A stretch of 61,150 nt of DNA, the filler included, from Basidiobolus ranarum (Eukaryota): the NCBI GenBank assembly GCA_040143965.1. It is 6 parts of 6 records of this genome, joined end to end, with 100 filler letters (N's around TTAATTAATTAA, not from the genome) between each part and the next. Parts side by side here need not be neighbours in the genome. Positions count along the whole stretch, not along the records: positions 40,875 to 50,963 come from JASJQH010000741.1; positions 51,064 to 61,150 come from JASJQH010000742.1; 4 more parts are not named here. One strand, written 5' to 3'. The notes beneath the pieces are model-generated. The model was not told the DNA's origin. It saw only the letters and a program-made list of their open reading frames with translations, and did no database searches. Both the position numbers and the translations under genes were made by a program. Of this stretch, positions 49,468-61,150 are shown one piece after another (the first letter of the stretch is position 1; the number at the start of each line of letters is the position of its first letter).

Positions 49468-50352
49468 CTATCTCTCATTTACATTCGAAATCAATCTTGG
49501 TTGACGGTGAAACTTTAACTTATCTTGCGTGACATCTGTAGTCCTATTCAACGCTTTGGGATAGTGATATGGAGAGGTGTAGTTTTGACGTTTCTGTCTT
49601 CCAGATTGATGAAACCTGGACCATTGCTCAATAGTCTTTGTTCGGTTCGCCGCCTTTGAGGGCATGTATGTAAGAGGCAGGGATTGAGCCTTCACTCTAG
49701 GATGGTTGTAGAGTGATCTATAGCCTCCGTGTAAAATATATACTTGTGGAAATGTAAGCTTTGGATAGCTAGTGAGGTTGTAAAGGCGATCTAAAGAACG
49801 TAAGCGGGAAGCCCTAATCAGATAAATAAATGTTAGCGTGGAAAATAGACGAAGGAGGCATGTTCACCTACATCTTAGGTGCACGATATTGAGAATACTC
49901 GCAGTGTAGTATCAGTATTGGCGATGTTGGTTCCGAAGAATGATGGCTCTCGGTGAACCAACTCTCTAACTGCTCCAAATTACTTAAATTTATGGCACCT
50001 GGGACATGACCGCCACGATATTCATATTCAAATCGGCAATCAACGATTAAAAATTCCGAATTATAGCCTCCGTGATAAAGTTGAATAAACTGAAAGCGGA
50101 TCAGACATTTGAATCAAGTGAGGCTCAATATAAAATATCACTTACTGTTTCTGTTGAGATTCGAGGAAAAGTATCATCTGGATGTGAGAACCAAGGCAAT
50201 TCCATTAGATTGGATGTTCTTGTAGCCAGCTCTAGTGCGCACGAGGTGGGCATGGGATTTTCAGACGGATTTACAAGAGATGCGGGCTCTTCTAAACTGC
50301 TAAACAAAAGCATTAAACCAATGTCTCTGATCTTAAAGCATCGAGCCGACAT
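49468..50352 (-). CDS. CDC25: Cdc25/Mih1-type M-phase inducer phosphatase (rhodanese fold), compact, about 256 aa; exons 50352-50146, 50089-49872, 49813-49468; start uncertain
   Basis: LPWFSHPDDTFPRISTET|...IVDCRFEYEYRGGHVPGAIN...LHCEYSQYRAPKM|ASRLRSLDR..N...YPKLTFPQVYILHGGY. The CX5R loop is intact. Confidence 0.85.
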
Positions 50353-50963
50353 ACCCGAGGCTTGACTGTAAAGAAGTTAGTGCTAACGGCTCAGTGGGCG
50401 AACAATGACCATTTTTGAGCGGAGTAGATGACACCACTAAGGATTGAAATGGCATTTTGAACAACTGTTAGCTGCAGTGTCAAGGCTAGTGCTGCAACTT
50501 ATATATGGATTTTGATCAAGCAGAAGATGAATGTAAACTTGCTATTGATTAGAGCATAATATATCTTCACCTCACTTCAATGATTTGGCTTTGGCTATTT
50601 GTCGCTGAATTGTGACGATAGAGGGAAGCATCTTTTGAAATATCATCATTTCATTTCCAGCGTCATTATCTGAGGATTCAGGGTGAACATCAAGATACAA
50701 CTTGATTGATTACTCCTTGTAGCATGGAGTATATGGCGATATAATACTATACTTACTCTTAATTGCTTTGACGCGCCTCAAACCCTTTTTTAATAGTTGG
50801 TCAGTAGATCAGCCTATGCTTATAGTAATTTATTGGCATTAGGTCCATAGAATACATAAAACTTGCCATTTTGGTTGCGTGTCAATCATTTCAATATATT
50901 ACAGCGAGAACAGGACACACATTGAAACTCAGTCCGATTCAGATACGATCATGGTCTAGTTAA

Positions 50964-51063
50964 NNNNNNNNNNNNNNNNNNNNNNNNNNNNNNNNNNNNN
51001 NNNNNNNTTAATTAATTAANNNNNNNNNNNNNNNNNNNNNNNNNNNNNNNNNNNNNNNNNNNN
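50964..51063. other. Artificial contig-joining linker
   Basis: N run + TTAATTAATTAA + N run. Confidence 0.98.
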
Positions 51064-51776
51064 TTGTCACAATATCTTAAAAGATTGATTTCTTGATTGT
51101 CACTTTGTTTAGATTAGTATTTGAGCTAAATAAAGTCTACACCATCTGGTGCTTTTCATCCCCCCTAAGCAGCCCAACTCCTCCTCCCTTAGACTTTGCC
51201 ATTTCCCATACATCTTGAATATCAAAATCCGAGTATTTTATTTAAGGTTAGTATTTGTCTACTTCTTGACTTCAGCTATTGATTGCCCTATATTTGGCCA
51301 TTAAGTAAGATTGCTTCAATAAAATTACACTTACGCAATACACCCTAACTGAGGTTGGCACTGGTTAATCAAATTAGGGTCAATATAACTAAGACTTTGT
51401 AACTAACCCTAATATCCCTGTTTGCTCAATAGCATTAGCAATACTGATGACGTATCGACCTAGAGATAAAGAATCAATGCGACTAGAAGTTCAAAAATAA
51501 AGGAATTTTACATCTGATTTGCCAGTAACAATTACGAATCTCAGTGAGTTTAAATATGTCGAATGAAAAATCTCTAATTCTGCGATAATAAGTCACTTCC
51601 GCAATTATTATGTCCTGCGGATCTAGATGATGATAGGTCTTAGCGAGCATCCGCTTAAATAGAGTATTTTCGGATAATCGGATAAACCCCGTTACGTCTC
51701 AATACATTTTACTTAAATAGCAAGGGCATTAGTGTATTTGATGTCATACTATTTTAATTCCAAAGAGTAACTAAAG

Positions 51777-52649
51777 ATGGTTTTTGCTATTGTTGGCGCT
51801 TCTGGACAGACTGGTAGTGCCTGTGTTGACACTTTATTAAGCCAAGGAAAAAAAGTACGAGTTTTAATCCGCAGGCCAGAGTTGGAATCCAAGTTCCTGC
51901 AAAAGGGCTGTGAAGTCGCTGTAGGTAGCCTAACGGATCTGGATTTTGTGACTTCCGCTTTCCAAGGTACCGAAGGAGTCTATCTATACACTCCTCCTAC
52001 TTACGATCAACCAGATTTTTTGAGTGCGGCACAAAACATTATTGATATTTGCACTAGTGCAGTCATTGCAACCAAGCCTAAGCACGTCGTGGTGCTTTCG
52101 ACCATTGGTGGTGAGCTTTCAGAAGGCACCGGAGTCATCGTCACGGGCTATCTCCTAGAACGCTCTTTATTGAAGGTCAACACAAAGGAAACCGGCGTTA
52201 CCATCATCCGTGCTGCTACATTTATGGAAAATTTTAAACCATTGATGAATGTTGCCAGAGAAAAGGGTATCTTTCCTTCGATGTTTTTGCCAATTGAAAA
52301 GAAGTATGCCATGATCGGTATTCAAGATATAGGCGAATGTGCAGCTGAACAGCTCATTGCGGGGCCTACTGGACACAAAATTGTGAATTTGGAGACTTCA
52401 ACACGCGTTTCCGCTCAAGATTTTGCTAAGGCAATAGGCAAAGCTCTCCACAAAGATGTTGTTCCTATTGGGGTCCCCCAAGACCAATGGAAAGCAACCT
52501 ATCTGCAACAAGGCATGCCAGAGAACGTTGCAAATGGAATGGTCAAGGTGATGAAGGGCTTTGTTGAGAATAGAATCGTCTTCCAGGAAGATAAAACAAC
52601 AGTATATGGAAAGAGAGAGGTAGATGAGGTTGTATCATCATGGTTATAG
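51777..52649 (+). CDS. NmrA-like NAD(P)-binding atypical SDR, 290 aa, intronless
   Basis: Rossmann motif AIVGASGQTG, VRVLIR, HVVVLSTIG, TIIRAATFMEN and DIGECAA. Confidence 0.9.
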   Translation: MVFAIVGASGQTGSACVDTLLSQGKKVRVLIRRPELESKFLQKGCEVAVGSLTDLDFVTSAFQGTEGVYLYTPPTYDQPDFLSAAQNIIDICTSAVIATKPKHVVVLSTIGGELSEGTGVIVTGYLLERSLLKVNTKETGVTIIRAATFMENFKPLMNVAREKGIFPSMFLPIEKKYAMIGIQDIGECAAEQLIAGPTGHKIVNLETSTRVSAQDFAKAIGKALHKDVVPIGVPQDQWKATYLQQGMPENVANGMVKVMKGFVENRIVFQEDKTTVYGKREVDEVVSSWL

Positions 52650-54323
52650 TTGTTGGCATGTATAATCTAGCGCAAATGTTTGTAATAAAATCAACTTTAA
52701 TAAAATGCTAAAAACCGCATTCTTTGAGGCATTGCGTATGCTCCTTGCCAGTTCCAACCAAAGCAAGTTAGCCAGTTAGTCTTGGTTGTGGGTATTTATT
52801 AGGAAAATAGCGAGACTAAAGATCCGGTATCTACTCGATTTAACAATAATCCTACCCGAATTATTATACCTTATTCTTCTGCTAAACCGAACAATGCACC
52901 TATTTCGCCTTGACCAAAAGAAACGAATAGTTAAATGAACGAATTGCAATTACTACAAGACTGTCTAGCTACTATCACACCAATGCCTGCAAAAGCTGAG
53001 GTGAATTGTTAGTCTTTTTACCAGATCTTGGTGATATTTGATATCAAGTTCAAATATGCAACGCCTTAAACACTGGCGAGCAGCTTAGCACACTAACAAT
53101 AAAAATGAATTAAGACTATAGTACATTATATTTAGCCGGTATAAAGTAGGAGTAGCTGCTCATTTCCAGCAAGCCAAACTCTTAATTAAGAAAGATCTCT
53201 TCCCCATATCGAGTTATCCTTGTATTCTCTTCTCGTATGTATAGTATGAAACTAGTGGCAAATCAATCCATAGCAATGCGATTAATATTTGCATTCAGAC
53301 TTTACATCAGAGTCGTCATTGGTTTCTCCAATTTTTTTCTACTGGAACGAGAGTTCGGTTATAAATACTCTTTCAGGCTTAGCCTTGCCACAAATTTTAG
53401 ATGGATCTAAAGAGAGATATAGTAAGTCTTGCATAACTTGGGATAACTGGTTGTATCCAATTGAACATCCCTCATCAGGCAAGGCATGACCATACTTCTT
53501 TAAAGGTCTTGATTTGATCTTCCAATGAAATCAATTGTCTACATGGTGCATTATTTTGGAAACTAATAAGCTATTGCACATCTGGATCGCCATACATGCA
53601 CTGAAATCTCCACCTGGAGAGTTGCGGTCGTTTTCGCAGTGAAAAGATGATTCCTCGTTGAAGTAGCCATAATTCATAGGATGCATTAGGGAAGTATATA
53701 CTAAGTATATATAAGCTTCCACCCTTATTCAATTGACCCTTTAGGCCTCGGGAACTTGGCATTTTTGCAAGCATTTTTATCCTAACCAAATTGTAGTTCT
53801 GCAGAAAGAGTGCACACCATTAGCTACTTCGGATACACGGTCTTTCAGTAAATAACTATCTATCAGCACCAGTGTGTGGATAGACTCGACTGACTCATTT
53901 TGTTCCTGCTGCATTCTGCGGAATGGGCATTTCTCATAAATATCTTGCCATTGTATTAATAAATTGTCTTTGTATATATTTCGTAAACACCATGTATCGT
54001 ACAAGATCAAATCCAAATTTTGTTTGATTAAAATCAGTTTGGAGTGATAATAAAAAGGATGTAATATATATATATATATAGAGTAGAGTATGCTCGGATG
54101 AGTTAAAGCCTAGTTGATACACTATTTTCGGAATTGCTGCTGGAGTAATGTTTCAATCACCAAGTAACGGTAAGTTGGCACATTACACTTGAAACTCACT
54201 CGTTTTCTTCTGCATTGGACTAACAACACTTCAATCAATATGCTTGTAAACCTTCAAGAGAGCAAAGAGCGTACAAGAGTTACTTGGCGACAAAGGCCTT
54301 ATGGATATACAAACATCTGACCT

Positions 54324-55322
54324 TCATAATGCTCTCAGTTGATCCTCAATAGTCAGAGTGTCGAATCGACTCGATCGATTCAAGTGCAATTGTGTGCAGA
54401 AAGAAGGGGGTTTTAAGAATTCAAACGAATCTGGACTAGCGCTAGGACGCCTTTCCTTGCGCCTACTAAAGAATATTCTTAAGGCAGGATCCAAGGTGAA
54501 CGCGAAAGCATTAAATAGCCCCTGCAAGCTTGTAGCCACAACACTAGCACGTTCGAGCGTTGTTGGAGCCTGACTATGGATATACACGTAGATGCATGAG
54601 ATAAGAATAGGCGTCTGAGTCAGAATTGGCACCACAGCATATCCCAAGATTCTGGCCACCGTATAATTCATAATCTTAAGGTGGTAAACGTATTCTGGGG
54701 AAAAGTTCAAGTTGTCAGGGTTGTGATGCTCAGAAATCTCGTGTCTTCGTGCTATCAGTTTTCGAGTAACCCAGGTGACCACGAATATACTGTATACGAC
54801 ACTTGCACACACCCAAAAGTGGAAAGTGCACCACTCCCATATCAAAGTGAGTGTTTGCTTCTGATGCAAGTACCAACATGAATCGAATTCTGCATCGTAA
54901 CCAAATTTCCCCAATATCAAAGGCCATCCACTGAGGAACAATGCAGACGCTACCGAGATGGAGACGAAGGTGATCTCAAATTTACGGATATTTTGCCTTC
55001 TGTGAATAAAGACAACTTGTAGGTTGAAAGCAATTGTTGCCGTTAAAAATATGTACATCAGATTGAAGAAAATGGTCCCCCATGCGTTGAACAAGCAAGC
55101 AACATCCGTCTGATTTGAGTGATAACCCATCATCTGACTGACATGATAACCGATGTCGGATAGAGCTACCAGAAAAGTCAGCCTGAAGGATACTCTATTG
55201 GAGAAACTTCGGTGGTATAGGAAAATGTACATTACTATCAGTGCTATCCCTATTGATGCGATCAGCGAAATGCCGTTCAGCGCATACGCTGCTATGACGA
55301 AGGAGTCTAGGTTAATCTCCAT
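54324..55322 (-). CDS. Seven-TM G-protein-coupled receptor, cAMP-receptor-like/Git3-related class, 332 aa, intronless
   Basis: Seven hydrophobic segments, NRVSFRL..LVALSD, conserved Cys in ECL1/ECL2 (VACLF, SCWY), RILGYAVVP and TM7 LQGLFNAFAFTLDP. Confidence 0.85.
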   Translation of the reverse strand: MEINLDSFVIAAYALNGISLIASIGIALIVMYIFLYHRSFSNRVSFRLTFLVALSDIGYHVSQMMGYHSNQTDVACLFNAWGTIFFNLMYIFLTATIAFNLQVVFIHRRQNIRKFEITFVSISVASALFLSGWPLILGKFGYDAEFDSCWYLHQKQTLTLIWEWCTFHFWVCASVVYSIFVVTWVTRKLIARRHEISEHHNPDNLNFSPEYVYHLKIMNYTVARILGYAVVPILTQTPILISCIYVYIHSQAPTTLERASVVATSLQGLFNAFAFTLDPALRIFFSRRKERRPSASPDSFEFLKPPSFCTQLHLNRSSRFDTLTIEDQLRAL

Positions 55323-57911
55323 TATGAGTGGTGATATGGATGTGGCTGTCGCTCCAATTTTGGATGTTCTGAGCTGAGCCTGTGCAGTTTAATGAACGTA
55401 AAATCAGACAGAAGGTGTAGGAGGGGTTCTATATTTTTTTTCGGGTCTAAGCACAACCACACATATATATATCAAATGCGGTGTCTCCACAGCACTCGAG
55501 TCGAATCTTCTAACTATATTTGGCAGCCGACTGCTTAACAAATCCAGACGAATAATTATCGAGGGATGTCCGAGAGATGACTCGCACTTCTGCCAATTAA
55601 CCATCTACTAAGTTACGGGGTTATTTGTCTGATGTCTCACAACGAGTGGACATCAGAGCACTGTTAGATGGATCCAAATGACATGTATGATCGTTAGTAC
55701 CCGCTTCAACCCACATCACAAAAGGATTTGCTATTGGCAGTAGAGATTAATTATTTTCTGAACCTTATACGTGTTATGGCTCTGTGAACGCTTGCATCTC
55801 CACTGACTCATGCCAAGAAGAAGGGAATGAAGAACATTCCCAAGTTACCAACAACTCTGAACAATAGGATTCCATCTGGGTAATCCATTGGCCTCTAAGT
55901 GACGGCGATCCCAATGAATTACGATGGATCGCATGTACGAGGGATAGGCACCAGTGAGAAGCCGTCAAGGAATCGGTATGCTATCTCACATGATATACAG
56001 CAATGAAATTTGCATGATTATGAAATCCGATTGTCTCAATAGTACCTGTGAACGTTCCATACACTCGTTCTTATCTCGAAGTATTTTTCATGCAAACGAT
56101 GGAATTAATTAGCTAAATTCACGAAACTTTTAACCATAATACAAACAAGCGTCTGGTCACATACGATATAGATATATCCTATCTTCAGCATAGTCATACT
56201 AGACTGATGCAAATTAACTGAATCAAGGAATTCATCAATTATAACAGAATGATTATTTAGCTCTTTTAAATATCCTCTGAATGCCACCGCAACCCCCTCT
56301 GCTTGTAGTGTTCGATGAGGCCCCAAGACCAGCTATTATTGTAGTGGCAGTCTTTCCTCACAGAAAACTCGTAGTTATGGCCTGATGTCAATACCTCTGC
56401 ATATCATTATCTACCACCTCTTAGGACGAGTCCTTGGGAAGTAATTAACAAATAAATACATTCTATCTAGCCGGTCTAGGATTATGTTACATCAGCATAT
56501 TGACGGGGCTAAATCCTGCCTTTAATAATAGACATTGGATGCTTCACTGTGTAAGCACCTTTCATTGCTGAGTTACTTAGGTCAGAACATGATTTCGAAT
56601 CTGAAAGCAATTCATTGCACACAAAAATAGTTTAACTTGGAAGTTTGAAGCGTTATTTCCACACAAATAATAAAATTCAATCTTCTCATTAAGCATATCG
56701 TTTTGTCAGCTTGTACCGCCTTAGTATAGGACTTCGAGTTGAACTGGGCTATGGTATGGGATTTCGTTGCTGTAGCGATGTTCCAGTGACAACAGAATAA
56801 TCACCACAATGGTATTAGTGAAGCACATACGACAAACATATAACCTTCTACACGTGCTCTGTGAATGCTCTGAATTTAATAAGCAACCGCGGTACAATAT
56901 GGGTTATAACCCGCTCATCTTGCTTTTAGTAATGAGCATGAAGTAGAAATATTACTCAAGACTATCAACCTATTTCAATATTTGGACATTTCAGTGCGTC
57001 AATATGGGAATAATAACCATTGAAAACGGCTTGTACACTGTTTTGTGTTAGATAGCGATTCTACACCTCTGAGTTACCTCTCACTCCATAGATCATATTT
57101 ATAATTAAGTTTTGTTTCCCCCTGCCAAACATTTTGGCCAAATATTACCCTACCAAGTATACAAGCCATTAACTATTTTTGCATATGTTAAACCAGCAAT
57201 GTTTCTTCGGAGGCCTGTTGGAAGGACATCCTTGTCACAAATGGCCTATCAATCGTAGATACCAAGCTTCAAGATACCTATATTCATTTTGCTCACACAC
57301 TTTTCTCTCTTGAATTCAAACCAATGGTTCTAATCCTTTAAACAGATGAATTTAGAAATGTCTTAGTAGAGATGTATGGAGAAATTGTCCCCCTTCCCCA
57401 CAAAGGATACCCTATTTTATTGGAGGTTGAGACATACACACGAATCTCATGATATTACGCTTAAATCACCCGATTCCGCTTACGCAACTCAAGTTTATAC
57501 TTCAATATGTACCATGTCCGTAGACAGCACGGTCTTATAACTATCATTGTTGGGAGACACTACTTGAATGTAATTTATCTCAGTAAAATAGGGGCCCTAA
57601 CACAAATGAGTTTTGGGCATCCAGATATGTATACATCAATTGTGTAATCTCATCTGAATACGGCAACCTATTCTTCTACAGCTAATCTAAACAGACCTAC
57701 TCTATCTGCGCTTTAATTAAGTCTAAGTTTGCATCAACAGGTTATATTGGCCAACCAGTGCAGGATGTATCTCTACATCAAGCTTTCTTTTTGGAAGATA
57801 TTAGGCCTGCTTTAGAGGATTTCTTTATAATGTCTCAATTAACGAGTACAGGCTCATTATCACCGATATACAAAATACTTGTTGGATTGGTACTAAGCCA
57901 TATGTAGGCAT

Positions 57912-57978
57912 GAAGCTCTTTATTAAAGACAAAACAGTGTCTACTGATCTCTAGAGCTGAACAATTACGCTAAGATCA
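57912..57978 (+). repeat. 67-bp direct repeat, copy 1
   Basis: Matches 61084-61150 with 2 mismatches. Confidence 0.9.
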
Positions 57979-59261
57979 TTCCAAGTACAAGAAGCCTACA
58001 GTACATGTCAGAGATTCCAAGAAACTTTGCTTAATGCCAATTTGCACTAATCAAATACTAACATGATCGGGCCACAGCGTAACTTCGCTACGTGCTTAAA
58101 TCGAAATATGTAGAGTGGTTCAAGATTCCATCTTAGGAACTCATTACTACTCTCATTTCGATATCTCAGATTAAGCCAGCATCGGCACTTGGAAATTCAA
58201 CGCGTGGCCATAACATAAGATCAAGTATGCCTTTATCACCCCAGCATGCTCAAGTACATTTATGCTATAAGATCCAGCTACACAACTTCTAGAGCAATCA
58301 GACTATGATCTTGTAGGTGGCATATCTGGTGCTCAAACTAAAGGATGCAAAGGTGTGTGCATTCATAAATCTTGAAAATGGCAACTACGGGCCTTGATCT
58401 ACTAGATTGATGGTGGTCATGTTTTTGGCTGCAGCTTACTCCAAGTACAGAAGGAGTCTGCCTCATAAGGATATTTAAATTTAGCTGCCTGACTTCAGCT
58501 CAATGGTCAAAGCGGTAAAGATCATTCTGAGATCTGGTGTACTATCCATCACCATCAATCTACAGAAGCCCCATTCATCAGATTGATAATACAACATTCA
58601 ATTACAATACAATAGAGCGTTTGGCTGATTAGCGACATCAAGTGTCTCATGAGGGTTTATATATAACCAACAAAGTTCAAAGTGATAAATATTTATTAAT
58701 GCATTTGATAATCCTACGACCTAGAACCTGTTACGTGAGGGGGTTTTGGGAAATTATTACCGCATTTTTACACTCACTGCCTCTTTGCCAATACTCAATC
58801 TAGTAACGTTAGTAATTGAAAACTTGTATGCAGCGCCACCCGATAGCATATTCTTTACCTTGAGATCTTTCGTGTTCCCTATCAATTATTCTTAATACTC
58901 CTCAATAGAGGGATTTTGTTATTAAAATCATCATCAATGGTACTACATTGATTACAACTTTTCTACCGATTCTTGTTGGCAAACCCAGCTCCTTGTTCTC
59001 CACTCCTCAATATCCCTGGTATCCACGGATAATATTCATCATCTGCATCTTCTATAAATACAGTGTGAAGCCCTCCACTTCTCAACCGCATCTCACCAAT
59101 TAGTTTTCTCTCCACGAATCCACTGCACTTTTTCACAAAATATCACACTTACTCATCCATTACCATTTGGAAATTGCACCGGTAAGTGTTCTTCAGTAGT
59201 TAGTACACATCTTTTGGCGGTGGAAACTAATATATTTGGTACCCTATTCCGCTTATTAGAT

Positions 59262-60586
59262 ATGGGTTGCTGCACTAGTCAAGAGGATATTGATGGGCGA
59301 CTTGCTAACGACAAAATCGAAAATCAAATCAAGCATGATCGTATTGTACAAAGAAACGACGTTAAAATGCTGCTTTTAGGTATTCATCAGGTTTTTAATC
59401 TGGAACTCAAGATTTCCCATCATTAATTTCCTTCTTTTGGGTTTCTTCTATCAGGTGCTGGAGAATCTGGAAAGAGCACTTTGATCAAACAGATGAAACT
59501 AATCCATGAGGGGGGTTATAGTATTGACGAAAAGGAGGCCTTTAGGGAAGTGATATTTTCGAATGCTGCACAATCCATGAGGGTTATTCTAGAAGCAATG
59601 GAAATCATGGAGATCCCATTGGGAACTTCGAAGAACTCTATTTATGTGGACATCATCATGGATCTCCCAGAACAAATCGAGGGAGAAACACTTGCTCATG
59701 ATATTACACAAGCCATCAAATGTCTATGGGCGGATGAAGGAGTGCAACTATGTTTCCATCGCTCTCGTGAATATCAACTAAACGATTCGGCCAGATAGTA
59801 AGTAAGAATCACTTTGTGCGTGACTGTATCTAAGACTAATTTAAGTTCCTGCTTGAATAGCTACTTCGACTCGATCGAGCGGATTGGCCAACCTAACTAC
59901 ATCCCAAACGACCAGGATGTTCTGCGCTCTCGGGTGAAAACCACCGGAATGACTGAAACGGTATTTACGATGGGAGAGATGACATATCGTATGTTGGATG
60001 TAGGTGGTCAGAGGTCAGAGCGTAAAAAATGGATTCATTGCTTCGAGAACGTGACCGCCATTGTATTCATGGTCGCCATTAGTGAATATGACCAGAATCT
60101 GATTGAGGATGATACAGTGGTAAGTGAATCCAGTAAATATCTGTGAAGAAATCCTGACTAAAGCACTCCTTCAGAATCGTATGCAAGAAGCGCTTACCCT
60201 ATTTGACTCAATATGTAATTCGCGATGGTTCACCAAGACATCAGTGATTTTATTTTTAAATAAGATCGACTTGTTCAAAGAGAAGCTGATTTCCTCCCCA
60301 ATGAGCGATTATTTCCTGGATTATGATGGTCAACCACGGTTTAGTTCTTTAATTAAAGTAGAGAAATGTTGACTAACTGTGTATGCGATGAATTTTAGGT
60401 GGGGAAGATTACGACAAAGGGTGTGAGTTTATTGCCAGTTGCTTCAAGTCATTGAATCACTTAAGCTCTAAAAAAATCTACACCCATCTCACATGTGCCA
60501 CTGATACCCAGCAAATCGGGTTCGTAATGGCAGCCGTGAACGACATTATGCTTCAAACGAATCTTCAAGAGTGCGGCTTGTTATAA
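59262..60586 (+). CDS. Heterotrimeric G-protein alpha subunit, fungal group I (Gi-like), 353 aa; exons 59262-59379, 59455-59797, 59861-60119, 60175-60328, 60399-60586
   Basis: MGCCTS acylation motif, [41 protein letters not shown] and C-terminal NLQECGLL*. The spliced CDS is 1062 nt and in frame. Confidence 0.96.
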
Positions 60587-61083
60587 TTCATCCTTCCCAA
60601 GCTTTTCGCTCGTAATATTGGATTTTTTGAGAAATTCTAAATCACAAGCCACATTAGATTATTTTACTCGATATTTATTTAGTATTTTTTTTACACTGCC
60701 GTTCCTATTCCCCAAGTGTTTCCCTTTTATCCGAAGCGCCTAATCTGCATAGCTCATAACATTTATAATCGGTCCTCACCCATCTCTTGTATATTCCCAC
60801 CAAGTGTATTCTATCTACTAACGATCAAACACAACATAGCAGTTGTACTAATAAAAAGACAATAGTTAGGATACTTCCACCGAACGACACTAATGGAATA
60901 AGGATTGATATACACTTGAAAATGTACCAACACACGTGCCTAAAAAAACTACTGTGGCCTTCAAGCGGACCATATCTGCTTCAGTAACTTGAAGGCTACT
61001 AGACTAGCTGAAGATTATCACGATCTCTCAAAAGTCTTTACAGACAGTTCTCCACGTGCGTGTGTGAGGGCAATGCCGGTTAA

Positions 61084-61150
61084 GAAGCTCTTTATTAAAG
61101 ACAAAGCAGTGTCTACTGATCTCTAGCGCTGAACAATTACGCTAAGATCA
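61084..61150 (+). repeat. 67-bp direct repeat, copy 2, running to the window/contig end
   Basis: Matches 57912-57978 with 2 mismatches. Confidence 0.9.

Noticed and set aside
58486-58552. tRNA-like 5' segment GCCTGACTTCAGCTCAATGGTCAAAGCGG
   Set aside because: There is no T-arm GTTC(G/A)A, no acceptor-stem pairing and no cloverleaf.

Overview
This is eukaryotic DNA from an intron-rich fungus: short GT-AG introns of about 50-100 nt with CTAAC/CTAAT branch points. The gene set suggests an early-diverging, zygomycete-grade fungus (inference only). The window is not contiguous. It is six contigs of about 10.1 kb, sorted by descending size and joined by artificial N-TTAATTAATTAA-N linkers, so adjacency only has meaning inside a contig. 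Contig 1 holds a tandem array of guanylate-binding-protein (GBP) GTPases: one partial copy, one complete 7-exon copy, and a decayed third copy between them. It also has a small secreted ORF, MRPL32 and a partial secreted protein. Contig 2 holds a hypothetical gene, DENND6, a Pru-only RPN13, RPL5 and a partial BUD13. Contig 3 holds a CpG-depleted cluster of Copia solo LTRs, decayed coding relics and an ANKRD13-like gene. Contig 4 holds a degenerate Copia element with a half-tRNA-type PBS, QCR2, UDP-glucose dehydrogenase, eIF3g, and a non-coding spliced host gene carrying two copies of an intronic C/D snoRNA (snR71/SNORD29-like). Contig 5 holds an MFS sugar transporter, an ALG5 pseudogene, eIF4E, coactosin and a compact Cdc25 phosphatase. 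Contig 6 holds a bacterial-like NmrA gene (HGT candidate), a cAMP-receptor-like GPCR and a group I G-alpha bracketed by a 67-bp direct repeat. The strongest leads are the GBP array (candidate fungal cell-autonomous immunity locus), the duplicated-snoRNA host gene and the NmrA HGT candidate.
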